Origin: Phoronis australis
Lineage: Eukaryota; Animalia; Phoronida
Length of the DNA: 64,000 nucleotides
Direction: 5' to 3'
Assembly (NCBI GenBank): GCA_002633005.1
Contig: NMRA01000370.1
Location: 62,001 to 126,000 of the forward strand
A program made the position numbers and the translations under genes. The notes under the pieces were generated by a model, which saw only the letters and a program-made list of their open reading frames with translations, was not told the DNA's origin and did no database searches. This document shows positions 51,701-59,233 of this stretch, piece by piece; the first letter of the stretch is position 1; the number at the start of each line of letters is the position of its first letter.

Positions 51701-54700
51701 ATCTAGTGGCCGTTGTAACTGCTTTCTAGTCTGTTTTTGGCATCCTCCCCTGTCAACCAAATCACTCTTACGATGATTGTGAAAATTGGCTCATATGTTC
51801 TTAATGTGAAGAGGACTGTCGATGATTGAATAACGGCGTCGATTACTGTGGCACCTCCTAGTGGCAGATTTTTTGCACCCATAGCTGTATATCCGAAGCC
51901 CTCTGGAGGATCTTTATTTAATCTAGCAAGTGTATTTATATGAAGCTGACAACGGAAGACGACAACTTTCAGAGTGATCCAACAAATGCTGTGCCCCCCT
52001 AGTGACAATTTCATTTTTTCCGTTTTCCTTTGTTTCTCTAAAGTTCCGTGACGGATTTTCATAAAATGTGTTAGATAGCTTTCTGTTAAAGAAACGGTGA
52101 TATTTTCCGTTTTTTGATGGATTCGAAGTGTATTGCACCATCTAGTGGCCATTTTTGTTATACAAATAAACACCTCTAGAAGCATACTGTGCATTCGTGG
52201 GCGCATTTCATTGCTCTGCATTGCTCTTGTTTCTTGTTTGTATAGAAAATTCCTTCATCTTTTTGTAGCTATTATTCTCATATCTTCACTATCAAGTCGT
52301 CGAAGTTCCCTAATACTCTGTACCGCAATGTGGCAAGCTTTTTCTCTCAGTTCAGCCCGTGCGGAACCGCGGAGTGGCTTGATGTGCCAAAACTAATGGA
52401 GTGTGGCTACACTTGCGGCATCATTACACTGGCAGCTATGAATAAGGTATATTGAAAATGGAGCTTTAGTTATCTAAAGAATGCTGTGAACAATTTACTA
52501 AACTAATTTGTTATTGTTGGCCAAAATCACAGATGCCTCATTGGGTGAAGGTACACTAACAGATCTAGGATTGAGTGACCACAATTTCCAAAAGACAAAC
52601 CATCGCGGTACCCTAAAATGGCATACACTTGCTTTTTTTTCGACTCCTGACCTCCAAAATTTGTCTATGTGTGAACCGTGACTGTGTAAGGGATTATTGT
52701 GTGGCCATCTGTTCAGAAGCAGTGTTACAGTTTTGTTAGTCAACTGGTTTGTTATGTTGCAGTCATTTCTCAGTATTGTTAAGGTTGTGTAAGACCCTAG
52801 AACAATCCCCATATCTGGCTAACTTTGGAACATCATATCTCAGAACCAGAGATGATCAGGTTAGAAAATAAAGATTTTGAAAATGCCGGCAGACAATACA
52901 GATGAGCGATGAATAATTTGACATCACTAACTTGCGGTATCGGGAATTGCCAAAGTTCAACTTTTTGATTTTTCCTCAAAGTGTGTTACCTATTTATTCG
53001 TTTTTGGCCCAACATCCGCCAAAATGTCAAAAAAAATCCCTGACTTTCCTTTTGAAATGAAAAGACATTTATTTGTTGGTACTTGACTCTTGTTAAAATA
53101 AGATTTCACTTGGCTGCTATATTCAACTTTGGGCAACTTCGGAACACATCTCAGGAATGGTTTGTTGGATTCATATAATAGAGATAACTATTCTGGTTAG
53201 TGTAGTCACACAAGTTAACTTTGATTTCAGGTTGATATTAAAATCGAGCTCCTCAAAGAAGTTCTTGCTCAGAGGGAGATGAGTGATGGGCTGGAACCAC
53301 AGCCTGCTGCTACGCCCCCTAGCGTGATGACCCCTGTTCCAGCATGTCCCCTTGTGGCCAGATCAGACACTCCATCACCAAAGCAAACTGATAAAGGCAA
53401 AACACTGATCGGCAAAACCTTGTTCGATTGTGTCAAGAATTCTGTGAAGAAATCTTTTGAACAAAATGTGCCAAACACAAGTACGTCTTTGCTAAACCAT
53501 ACTTCAACCGTTGAAGCGTCTGAAATGACAGAAACATCAATGTTGGGTGGTACTACGAGTCTTTCTCAAAGTGATGTTAATGTCTCTCTCAACAACGGAG
53601 ATGGCGACAGTACTCAGGAAGCATTGTTACTCGACGATGAGGATTTCAACTTGTCTGAGGACATGACTTCAATGTCATCTTTGATAGGCTGGGATCGTGT
53701 GCCGACAGATGACACTAATGTGACCTCTGGTGCGAGGCCGCTATTGAACCTGAAGGGCAAGGGAATGAAAGTGACATTCGCGGAACTTTTTGTGGATGTT
53801 TGTCCGCTTAGTCTGAGGTGGAGGCAGAACCAGACTGGAGTGGGTGTGACAACGATGATTGTGCGCGAACCTGAGGAAGTGACTGACAGCCAGGTTGAGG
53901 AGGGTGGATCGCCAAGTGTAGACATGGACAATGAGACTGCGAGCGATAAATCATCATTAGAAGAGAGAGATCTTGAATCGCACGACTGTAAAGATGAAAA
54001 GAAAGACGGGAAAAGAGAAAGGACGGTCAGTTTCGCGGACGAAGTTAATGTTTTCAGTGCTAATGATGATCAGATGAATGCTTTGAGCTGTGTCATGAGG
54101 GGAAACAGTATACAGAGGACAGACATTGATTTCATCTTCAAACACTTGCTCTCATCTTCGGAAGCCATTTTGGATCCTGGGGTCATCAAGTGCATTAAGG
54201 AGTCATTAACAGCAGCTCAGCCTGCTGATTTATCGTTTGAAGAGTTCGCGCGGGACTGCACAGGGCTTGATGATGGAGAGCTTGCCGCAATGACAGACAT
54301 GTTCTCGATGATCCAAAAAGCTGGAGAACTTGGTGTGGACTATCAAAGTGTGATTGTAAGTTGCAATGTCTTCAGTATATTTTTAATTACCAAAAATTAA
54401 TAAAATAATCTATAAAATTTGGCAAGTCTGGCCACAAATCGATCCGTGATTGTTTTGCGTCAGACACGTTCAAGTTGTTATTCATACATTCTGAAGGTGG
54501 CGCTGATTTTCTGGTTGTCAGAAACAATCAACATGACATGCATCAAACTATTGCTAAAACAGAGCTGCAGTATTTTTCTACAGAAAAAATCAACTGAGAC
54601 AAATCCTAGATATTTTATGTCTGTTGTCCCTATGAAATAGTAAAAACAGATGAATTGAATTTGCTAATTTACAATAATATTCAAAACAAGCTCCATTCCA

Positions 54701-55086
54701 AGAAACTTAAGTAAAATAAGTACATTGTTGACTTGAGTCTGTTTTAACTTTCAAAATTTTAAACTTCCACATCTGGTAAGTTAGGAATAAATTACCAAAA
54801 ACTTAAGTAAAACTTAAGATCACTCTCTTGGAACGGACTGAAGGCAAATTGAAGTTTTATCTTAAAATTGGCTTAAAGATTTGTTGTAGGTACATATTAA
54901 GTTTTCATGGAATGAGCCCCTGTAGAGCAGACATTGAATTAATTCATGAGACTAAAAAGTTGTAGCTGTTGAGCCATTTTTGTTTGAAAAGTATAGTCTC
55001 TAAATGTAATTTTGTTATTAAAGGAAATGCAAGCATCAAGTGAAGAATCTTTGAAGTACTTAAATCTGATGCTAGAGGGCAGTGTG
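15659..55086 (+). CDS. GTF3C1: General transcription factor IIIC subunit 1 (TFIIIC220, B-box-binding subunit); 33 coding exons, 5166 nt, 3' part not found in window
   Basis: Motifs EEIALEGLDGITL, YCILEQIGRSRHQGE, GYLPKLPR, VYVDD, LPLSIFVQIV, L.DP.KKH, PGNGRGNAGLDS, LPDTLQEL; all exon phases chain without frameshift. Confidence 0.93.
18070..18227 (+). mobile_element. ~155-bp MITE (Harbinger-like); second copy inverted at 58210-58361
   Basis: TIR ttcagtaacgctaggacc / ggtcctagcgttactgaa. Confidence 0.8.
18860..19249. mobile_element. Two head-to-head tRNA-derived SINE heads (18860-18931 minus; 19149-19249 plus) with duplicated tail
   Basis: gggtcc(c/t)cagtagctcagtggtgagagcactagacc(a/g)gcaatctagaga on both strands; direct repeat ccagttggggttcctgatttttctgtgtttatttgat near 18946 and 19213. 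Confidence 0.75.
19646..20030. mobile_element. Copy of an abundant non-autonomous DNA-transposon family (Kolobok-like terminus ..AACCT|TAA); contains a 41-bp tandem duplication (19867-19947)
   Basis: Shared blocks (gtagaa..ctgtagaa.ttgatttt; ccatttctgagatatgatg) recur near 23600-24120, 34750-35180, 36350-36570, 44780-45210, 52779-53170, 61915-62045; superfamily assignment tentative. Confidence 0.5.
20623..20828 (+). CDS. GTF3C1: GTF3C1 coding exon 2
   Basis: GITLSNLWRRL...FEFPIE, AG/GT bounded. Confidence 0.9.
20944..21528. mobile_element. Tc1/mariner-pogo type MITE with TA target duplication
   Basis: TA|cggtaatttttcagttattt ... aaataagtggggaattaccg|TA. Confidence 0.65.
22413..22552 (+). 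CDS. GTF3C1: GTF3C1 coding exon 3
   Basis: RTESEKLTFHPIDSKGIQGSCKSFSKRRDIT... Confidence 0.88.
22836..23153. repeat. Cluster of MITE fragments with motif taagacttaagacagaaatttggtctt in both orientations
   Basis: Three copies (about 22843 +, 23057 -, 23118 +); related to element 41959-42052. Confidence 0.65.
23423..23548 (+). CDS. GTF3C1: GTF3C1 coding exon 4
   Basis: WGDRLVMVASQHLRRRMLIG...YCILEQIG. Confidence 0.92.
24342..24444 (+). CDS. GTF3C1: GTF3C1 coding exon 5 (B-block binding region)
   Basis: RSRHQGE...VICKQ|gtagac. Confidence 0.88.
25444..25642 (+). repeat. Tandem duplication, 2 x ~101 bp
   Basis: acagacttgtggataaactcc...gactgc(t/c)acatgta repeated. Confidence 0.9.
25671..25803 (+). 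mobile_element. Degenerate tRNA-derived SINE; body also at ~420-498
   Basis: tggctcattgg A box; shared ggggcagaaatcttttcagact...acaggtgg. Confidence 0.55.
26027..26215 (+). CDS. GTF3C1: GTF3C1 coding exon 6
   Basis: KFVY...LYHLPRFYV...EALP. Confidence 0.88.
26541..26644 (+). CDS. GTF3C1: GTF3C1 coding exon 7
   Basis: EENNASLRKI...KELYPEATD; phase-consistent. Confidence 0.75.
27035..27111 (+). CDS. GTF3C1: GTF3C1 coding exon 8
   Basis: VKDKKVRLVKLLKERIQDDEDSDSE|gtaaga. Confidence 0.8.
28183..28405 (+). CDS. GTF3C1: GTF3C1 coding exon 9
   Basis: SVSSMF...LEQRGPEGI...WNT|gtaagt. Confidence 0.85.
28968..29050 (+). CDS. GTF3C1: GTF3C1 coding exon 10
   Basis: FISKACG...QTSTT; strong acceptor and donor. 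Confidence 0.75.
29785..29901 (+). CDS. GTF3C1: GTF3C1 coding exon 11
   Basis: DSSAGEEPP..KKKGPKK..QKNH|gtgagt. Confidence 0.75.
30659..30747 (+). CDS. GTF3C1: GTF3C1 coding exon 12
   Basis: SLTDIRLRRMGLTLDTVKKEGFIEKTLLWK. Confidence 0.78.
30794..30984. mobile_element. Small inverted-repeat element (MITE-like)
   Basis: tttccatcatgacggcta ... tagccgtcatgataggaaa. Confidence 0.55.
31552..31755. mobile_element. MITE-like element with ~45-bp imperfect inverted arms and a degenerate (TAACCC)n core
   Basis: gagcaaagtcagaaggaagtgacgtcaca ... tgtgacgtcatttcc..ttctgattctgctc; core taaccct/taaccc/aaacc. Confidence 0.65.
31793..31939 (+). CDS. GTF3C1: GTF3C1 coding exon 13
   Basis: RIRQDDQK..MCRKSLNSLL..DKLIK. 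Confidence 0.85.
32067..32570. mobile_element. 504-bp non-autonomous hAT-like element, 13-bp perfect TIR, 5-bp TSD (ACATT)
   Basis: acatt|cagggcttggaat ... attccaagccctg|acatt. Confidence 0.85.
33716..33841 (+). CDS. GTF3C1: GTF3C1 coding exon 14
   Basis: ISFVCGLSISDENPEF...SKSK|gtgagt. Confidence 0.8.
33965..34600 (+). repeat. Degenerate ~147-bp-period tandem array with CTCF-like motifs
   Basis: Motifs at 33983, 34141, ~34276, 34419, 34570; same family as 51510-52155. Confidence 0.65.
35204..35245 (+). CDS. GTF3C1: GTF3C1 coding exon 15 (42 nt, symmetric phase 0)
   Basis: tttcag|RPPPVPLPEVVIDN|gtgagt. Confidence 0.65.
35330..35567 (+). repeat. Degenerate (CATT/CAGT)n microsatellite with 33-bp repeats
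   Basis: atcattacagtcattcagttgttcatacagtca about 3 times. Confidence 0.8.
36072..36261 (+). CDS. GTF3C1: GTF3C1 coding exon 16
   Basis: YGYLPKLPRTELVHKVLFYL...VYVDDDTYKRFMAPIP. Confidence 0.9.
36916..37019 (+). CDS. GTF3C1: GTF3C1 coding exon 17
   Basis: DIVNALPLSIFVQIVRVNHQ. Confidence 0.9.
38271..38465 (+). CDS. GTF3C1: GTF3C1 coding exon 18
   Basis: VDGLLDYLTDPIKKH...LCQMGLL. Confidence 0.92.
38621..38853. repeat. 17-bp perfect inverted repeat bounding ~230 bp (MITE-like)
   Basis: gcattttgccctgttta / taaacagggcaaaatgc. Confidence 0.6.
39564..39750 (+). CDS. GTF3C1: GTF3C1 coding exon 19
   Basis: VYLHRHTTLLDTS...DLDNYWIDLRSIC. Confidence 0.9.
39965..40112 (+). CDS. GTF3C1: GTF3C1 coding exon 20
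   Basis: DTGTVPGNGRGNAGLDSQF. Confidence 0.88.
40531..40710 (+). repeat. Minisatellite, 9 x 20 bp with 40/80-bp higher-order pattern
   Basis: (g/a)a(g/c)aatagttaccagtagt(t/g). Confidence 0.95.
41240..41289 (+). CDS. GTF3C1: GTF3C1 coding exon 21
   Basis: YKPHVWLGTRTDPSAT; phase 2 to phase 1. Confidence 0.7.
41959..42052. mobile_element. Short Harbinger-like MITE
   Basis: ggggtctgtttcatgaaa ... tttcatgaaacatgcccc. Confidence 0.65.
42078..42222. mobile_element. Short hAT-like MITE
   Basis: cagtggcagatttag ... ctggatccacccctg; related terminus at ~57977-57991. Confidence 0.55.
42355..42465 (+). CDS. GTF3C1: GTF3C1 coding exon 22
   Basis: Basic low-complexity segment TSVKRPGPKP...KKSQK. Confidence 0.72.
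43217..43303 (+). CDS. GTF3C1: GTF3C1 coding exon 23
   Basis: PGATPHM...GMKRKLESQ|gtgagt. Confidence 0.75.
43575..43910 (+). repeat. Degenerate minisatellite (ggcacatggctcatcacatattat-like)
   Basis: About ten imperfect repeats of tggctcatca. Confidence 0.75.
44156..44260 (+). CDS. GTF3C1: GTF3C1 coding exon 24
   Basis: SEQPASKVKRKGILK...EKRKRVKYGS|gtaagt; AAG acceptor, 5' boundary less certain. Confidence 0.65.
44878..45120 (-). mobile_element. tRNA-derived SINE, family A, best-preserved copy, with 10-bp flanking duplication, nested in a DNA-transposon remnant
   Basis: A box tggcctagtg, B box gttcgagtc (45051-45059); aggtgtcatg at 44868-44877 and 45121-45130. Confidence 0.8.
45395..45477 (+). 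CDS. GTF3C1: GTF3C1 coding exon 25
   Basis: WADELDTRLMAALCKRRAYFSLGEDSL. Confidence 0.85.
46791..46910 (+). CDS. GTF3C1: GTF3C1 coding exon 26
   Basis: ILLGHVTS...PWVVLRDLIH. Confidence 0.87.
47693..47806 (+). CDS. GTF3C1: GTF3C1 coding exon 27
   Basis: DSRNKPSSALARRCKNLMK...EALQDE. Confidence 0.87.
48433..48533 (+). CDS. GTF3C1: GTF3C1 coding exon 28
   Basis: EICAKF...LLKTKF. Confidence 0.8.
49947..50112 (+). CDS. GTF3C1: GTF3C1 coding exon 29
   Basis: DLPDTLQELYNLF...DDIKLNVL. Confidence 0.88.
50601..50812 (+). CDS. GTF3C1: GTF3C1 coding exon 30
   Basis: AFEMYKLFSQYPENLL...YKMT|gtaagt. Confidence 0.88.
51510..52155 (+). repeat. ~147-bp-period tandem array (3-monomer ~440-bp higher-order repeat) with CTCF-like motifs
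   Basis: 51511-51711 repeated at ~51955-52150; motifs at 51547, 51696, 51851, 51992, 52135. Confidence 0.8.
52269..52446 (+). CDS. GTF3C1: GTF3C1 coding exon 31
   Basis: YYSHIFTIKSSKFPNTLY...AAMNK. Confidence 0.8.
53231..54355 (+). CDS. GTF3C1: GTF3C1 coding exon 32 (1125 nt, largely acidic/disordered)
   Basis: tttcag|VDIKIELL...IQKAGELGVDYQSVI|gtaagt; contains most of ORF 53279-54400. Confidence 0.88.
55024..55086 (+). CDS. GTF3C1: GTF3C1 coding exon 33 (last detected)
   Basis: EMQASSEESLKYLNLMLEGSV|gtgagt. Confidence 0.7.
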
Positions 55087-55538
55087 GTGAGTAGTCAAAT
55101 GAGTGCTTTTATACACACCTTCTCAGGGGTTGTGATGGTAGTCTAGTAGCTTACAAGTTGTCAAGATCACGCAAAATCACCTTGGTCATAGTCTGCAAAG
55201 TCTCGTTAGGGTTTTGTGAGTGAGGTTTAGACTTTACTCAAACCGTGCGTAAGCACACTTACAAAATGGCCGCCTCCAAACATGACTGGTTGACCGCATG
55301 TTGTGAACACATCCACTACCACTAGAAACTGTAGGAACATCGCATTTATCCACATTCACTCTTATCAGGCTTCTATTGTGAGTTAGCATGTGTGAATAAT
55401 TGGCTGATAAGCCACCTCTAGAACTACTTTTGGCTGAATGGATGACCAGGCCATAAAATGATAATTAGCCAAGACCAGTTACTAATGCAACAAAGAATAA
55501 TGTCGTAGTATCACCTAGCCTTGGTGGAAAGTTGTATA

Positions 55539-56077
55539 CTGTATTCGCTCTAATAAACGCTTAGAAAAATTCATTTCATGGGGAGGGGACTCTTATTGTA
55601 GCCTAAGGCAGTTGAAACCCAGTTTCCAAAACGGGTAAAATCGGAAGCTAGGATTCATCAAATTTACGCTCTGTGACATATTTGTAGCCTTTGACAGTCT
55701 TTCTACAAAGTTGTGGTGCATTGCTATCAACTCTGTTGTTAAATTACGATCATTTTTCAAAAAATTGTGCTGAGATCCCAGGGCGAAAACTTGCCAACTG
55801 ATACGTCGTTGAATTGCGATTGTCGATAGGAAAACTTGAATTCTTGAATAAAAAAATAGTTTCAACTCAACAAATTACCTGAAGTCTTCCTTATGTTTTA
55901 CAATTTTTAAAGTTCATGTGGAGTCCAGATTAATTGTGATTAAGTCCAAATCTGCGCTACATCGTACCCACAACACGAGAAAAATCTGTGGATGAACACA
56001 CATGTTGTTGTCACGTGACGTTTGTTTTGAAGTTCATCTGCGTATATGAGAGTGAATGAACGAGCATGTGCGGGTCA
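55539..56077 (+). mobile_element. Partial copy of the Tc2-like element at 59234-60655
   Basis: TA|ctgtattcgctctaataa left end; ~530 bp collinear with 59234-59807. Confidence 0.8.
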
Positions 56078-58209
56078 TCGACGACAGACTTTTTTGTTAC
56101 AAAAGGCGGAGGATTATGCAAGAAAATGGCGTTTATTAGATTGTTTTTCACTTAAACGGCTGTAATGTGCAAGGTGAGTGCCGGTTATCTCGCAGATTTT
56201 GTGTGCACAGGCCGACAGTCGTTAGCTCTAGCGTGGAGTAAAACATTAATAGTCCCGGCTCAATCTACATGTTGGTGACGAGGTGACGAGGTGAACTACC
56301 TGGGCTGTGTGAATTTTCTGGGTCTAACAGAGACACTGACACAGTGGTCAGCCAGCTCACTGTATCAAGATTATCGTCAAAATCCAAATTCGTTTTATCA
56401 TGTCCCTGTCAATAATAACGGCATGCTAAAATTTCTTAATGTTTGTACTTCAGGAACATAACAATCATGTGTTTTGTATACATACGCGCACGCCGCAGAT
56501 CACATCTCGGAAATTTCCGATTTGACGGATGATGAATGAGCACAATGAAATTCAACAACATCGTTTTACAGCTTGTAAGAATTATAGTTAACGTATTTTG
56601 AATATTGCAATGCATGTGTTCCAAACTCTAAATAACTTGGGTCCTACATTTTTGTATTTGTGCGCGCCAAATGAAAGTAATCGCGAGTGTTGCTGTGTTG
56701 CTAAATCTCTTATTCTAGACCAATTTGAAAAATTCAAAGTTGTACCAACATTTTTTCTCTCTTCTTTTCAAGTATTACACTCAAAATTATGTAAAATGCT
56801 CTCCGTAAAAAGTACGGTCATCTAGGCTAGATTGTAATCAGCTGATCGTATTTGCATGAGCAAAGCCAATTATCCTCGCTCGTGACTCGATGAATAGAGC
56901 AGCTAGGTGGGATCCCTTTGATCGTGAGCTGAGCACGACACAGCCAAGGTGGATAAATGCAGTCTAGTTCAATTGGCCAAACCCCACAGTTTTCCCTGAT
57001 CAGTCGGATTTGTCAAGATCTCGTTTAGTAGGAGTGTTTATAGCATGCGTTGCATGGTAATGTTGAAATGCAGAAGCAAAATTTACACCCAGAGAAACAT
57101 CACTGTGTCCATTGGTTAATTTGGGACATCCCAGCGCGAGAGTCTCCCGAATGATTAGCGTATACTGAACACACAACCCCCTTCCTCTGTTCTCCTGTTC
57201 GGAGGTGACTGCACTGAGTTTCTCTTGCTCGCAGCAGCGTAAGTTATTAGTCCTCAGACCATAAGTGGTCAAATCGGCTGTCATCATGGTTCCCCGAATG
57301 AACCGTTGACCATGTTTGCAGTTAGTGATTTCTGCTGATGCTTTGGAGCAGCACAGGCAATGGTCATGTCGCTGGTAAGGATCAAAGATCTTGATTGGCT
57401 GTGGTTTCAGTCTCGCTCAAAAAAGTTCTTGAAAATGCCTCTGTATCACTTCAGTGAATGTTTGTGTAATTGACCTATCGCCAGGATTATGACGGACGGC
57501 TTAATTGACCAATCAGAACTCAGCATTGTTGGCACACCTTCGTCTGCGTTTCCAAGCCGTCATTTTACCCGACAAACCACACGTAGTCGAGTAAAACTTA
57601 CTTTAGTCTACAGCTCAAGAAATTGTCCGCTAAGAATGGGGAAACGGTGTTGATGTGGCGTGTGTAGCACCAACAGCCGTTATGCTGCTCCAGAATAATA
57701 TCCCATCATTTTTTGGCATGTCCTAAGCCGAAAAATGATGTTGAAAAGCGTAAACTATCGATCAAACTGTACGGCCATACGAGCAGCTGAACTTAGCGAT
57801 GTTGCTTGATACCTTGAAGGCTATAATAAACACAAATATATTAGTTCCAAGATACGAACTTTTCAGCTTGGTGGCTATGGTGCTGGGCTATCTCAGATTT
57901 TAACTCCCGAGTTTCCTACGTCTGGCCGCCTTTGTCTCGGCACCTGGCAACATATGTTGGGCCCCCTTGTGGTATCCTAGATCCGCCACTGAATTCCAGA
58001 CATTAATTTGACTTAGACACAGCCCTAGACCTACCTGAGCTAACTGTTTGCCTAGGACGAGACGAGTGTGTACCTGAGCTGTGAACATGAATTTTTTTAT
58101 CAAAATATTTCGTTACAAGATTAGAAAAGCGTAAACAGTGCTATCGAGTCGACCTAGTCAGAGACTATAGTGCATATGTTGTCTGTAATCTATGACCTAC
58201 TTTACTCCA

Positions 58210-58361
58210 GCCTGTCATTCAGTAGTGCTAGGACCTTGCTAAAAAGCAAGACTTCGCGAGATTACGTGAGATATTGCCGTGTATTTTAAATAAGGTCAGG
58301 TGACTTTGGCTAAATTTTAGCTAGGTCCTAGCGTAGGTCCTAGCGTTACTGAACGCAAGCC
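58210..58361 (-). mobile_element. Second copy of MITE 18070-18227
   Basis: Reverse-complement similarity along whole length. Confidence 0.8.
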
Positions 58362-58874
58362 AGGAGTCCCACCAGTTGTGACCTACTTTTTATTTGGCGA
58401 AATTTAGCAGACGACAGAATAGAAATATCGGTGAATCTTCAATGATTTTATTCGAAAAATCATGAAATCTATGGAATCGTACAGATAATTTGACTTTAAG
58501 GTACATACCCAGCTTTACATGAACATATCGTATCAGTGGCCTTGTCATTTGTCAGGTGAAGGTAGCCCCGAGGCCGAGGGGTTCTTCAGATTTTCGCTGG
58601 CTCCTCGAGCACTTATTTTTTCATCGTCACCTTCACAAATTCCCATATCATGAACATACGATTCTCTGTTGAAAAGCATCGCCTCTTGTCTGTGTCGAAG
58701 CGTTTTCAAATAGTGCAAAAACACTCATCGATTCCACCAGGAACGTCGTTTAGCGACAGTGTATTTGCCTCTGACATCTCATTCGATTGTCGGGTATCAC
58801 GTGACTTTTTGCATAAGGGCGGAGCTTGCGATAGGTCAATTGTGGTGTGTCATGCATGTATGTTCGCAGACTTA

Positions 58875-59011
58875 TGTTGGAATACGTGTGCCTGTGTTAG
58901 AATACGTGTGCCTGTATTGGAATACGAGTGCCTGTGTTGGAATACGTGTGCCTGTGTTGGAATACGTGTGCCTGTGTTGGACTACGTGTGCCTGTGTTGG
59001 AATACGTGTGC
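58875..59011 (+). repeat. Minisatellite, ~7 x 20 bp (tgttggaatacgtgtgcctg)
   Basis: Direct inspection; explains repetitive ORFs 58650-59132 and 58759-59028. Confidence 0.95.
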
Positions 59012-59233
59012 GCCCTATGATAGTTTGAGTATCAGGTCACTTAAAGCGGCTATAAGCCTGCCTGCCTTCAGGATAACTAGTTTTTGGTTTAGACCACTTA
59101 CAGTTAGTCAAATTGTTCCTCAGTCAAATTAGAACTGATTTAAGTGCTTCAAATACTTGGCAGTTGGTTATTGCTCAAGGGCGCCCATGGAAAGCAGTGA
59201 GAACTGCTGGGGCTACCCTCCGTGTAAATATTA

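Noticed and set aside
15714-55023. Minor-class (U12) introns in GTF3C1
   Set aside because: No donor matches GTATCCTT/ATATCCTT; all are ordinary GT-AG
57322-57374. Candidate GTF3C1 exon 34 (tttgcag|LVISADALEQHRQWSCR|gtaagg)
   Set aside because: Splice sites and phase fit, but I see no similarity to the expected downstream GTF3C1 sequence; embedded in repeat-like DNA
58650-59132. 160-aa Cys-rich ORF
   Set aside because: Translation of the 20-bp minisatellite
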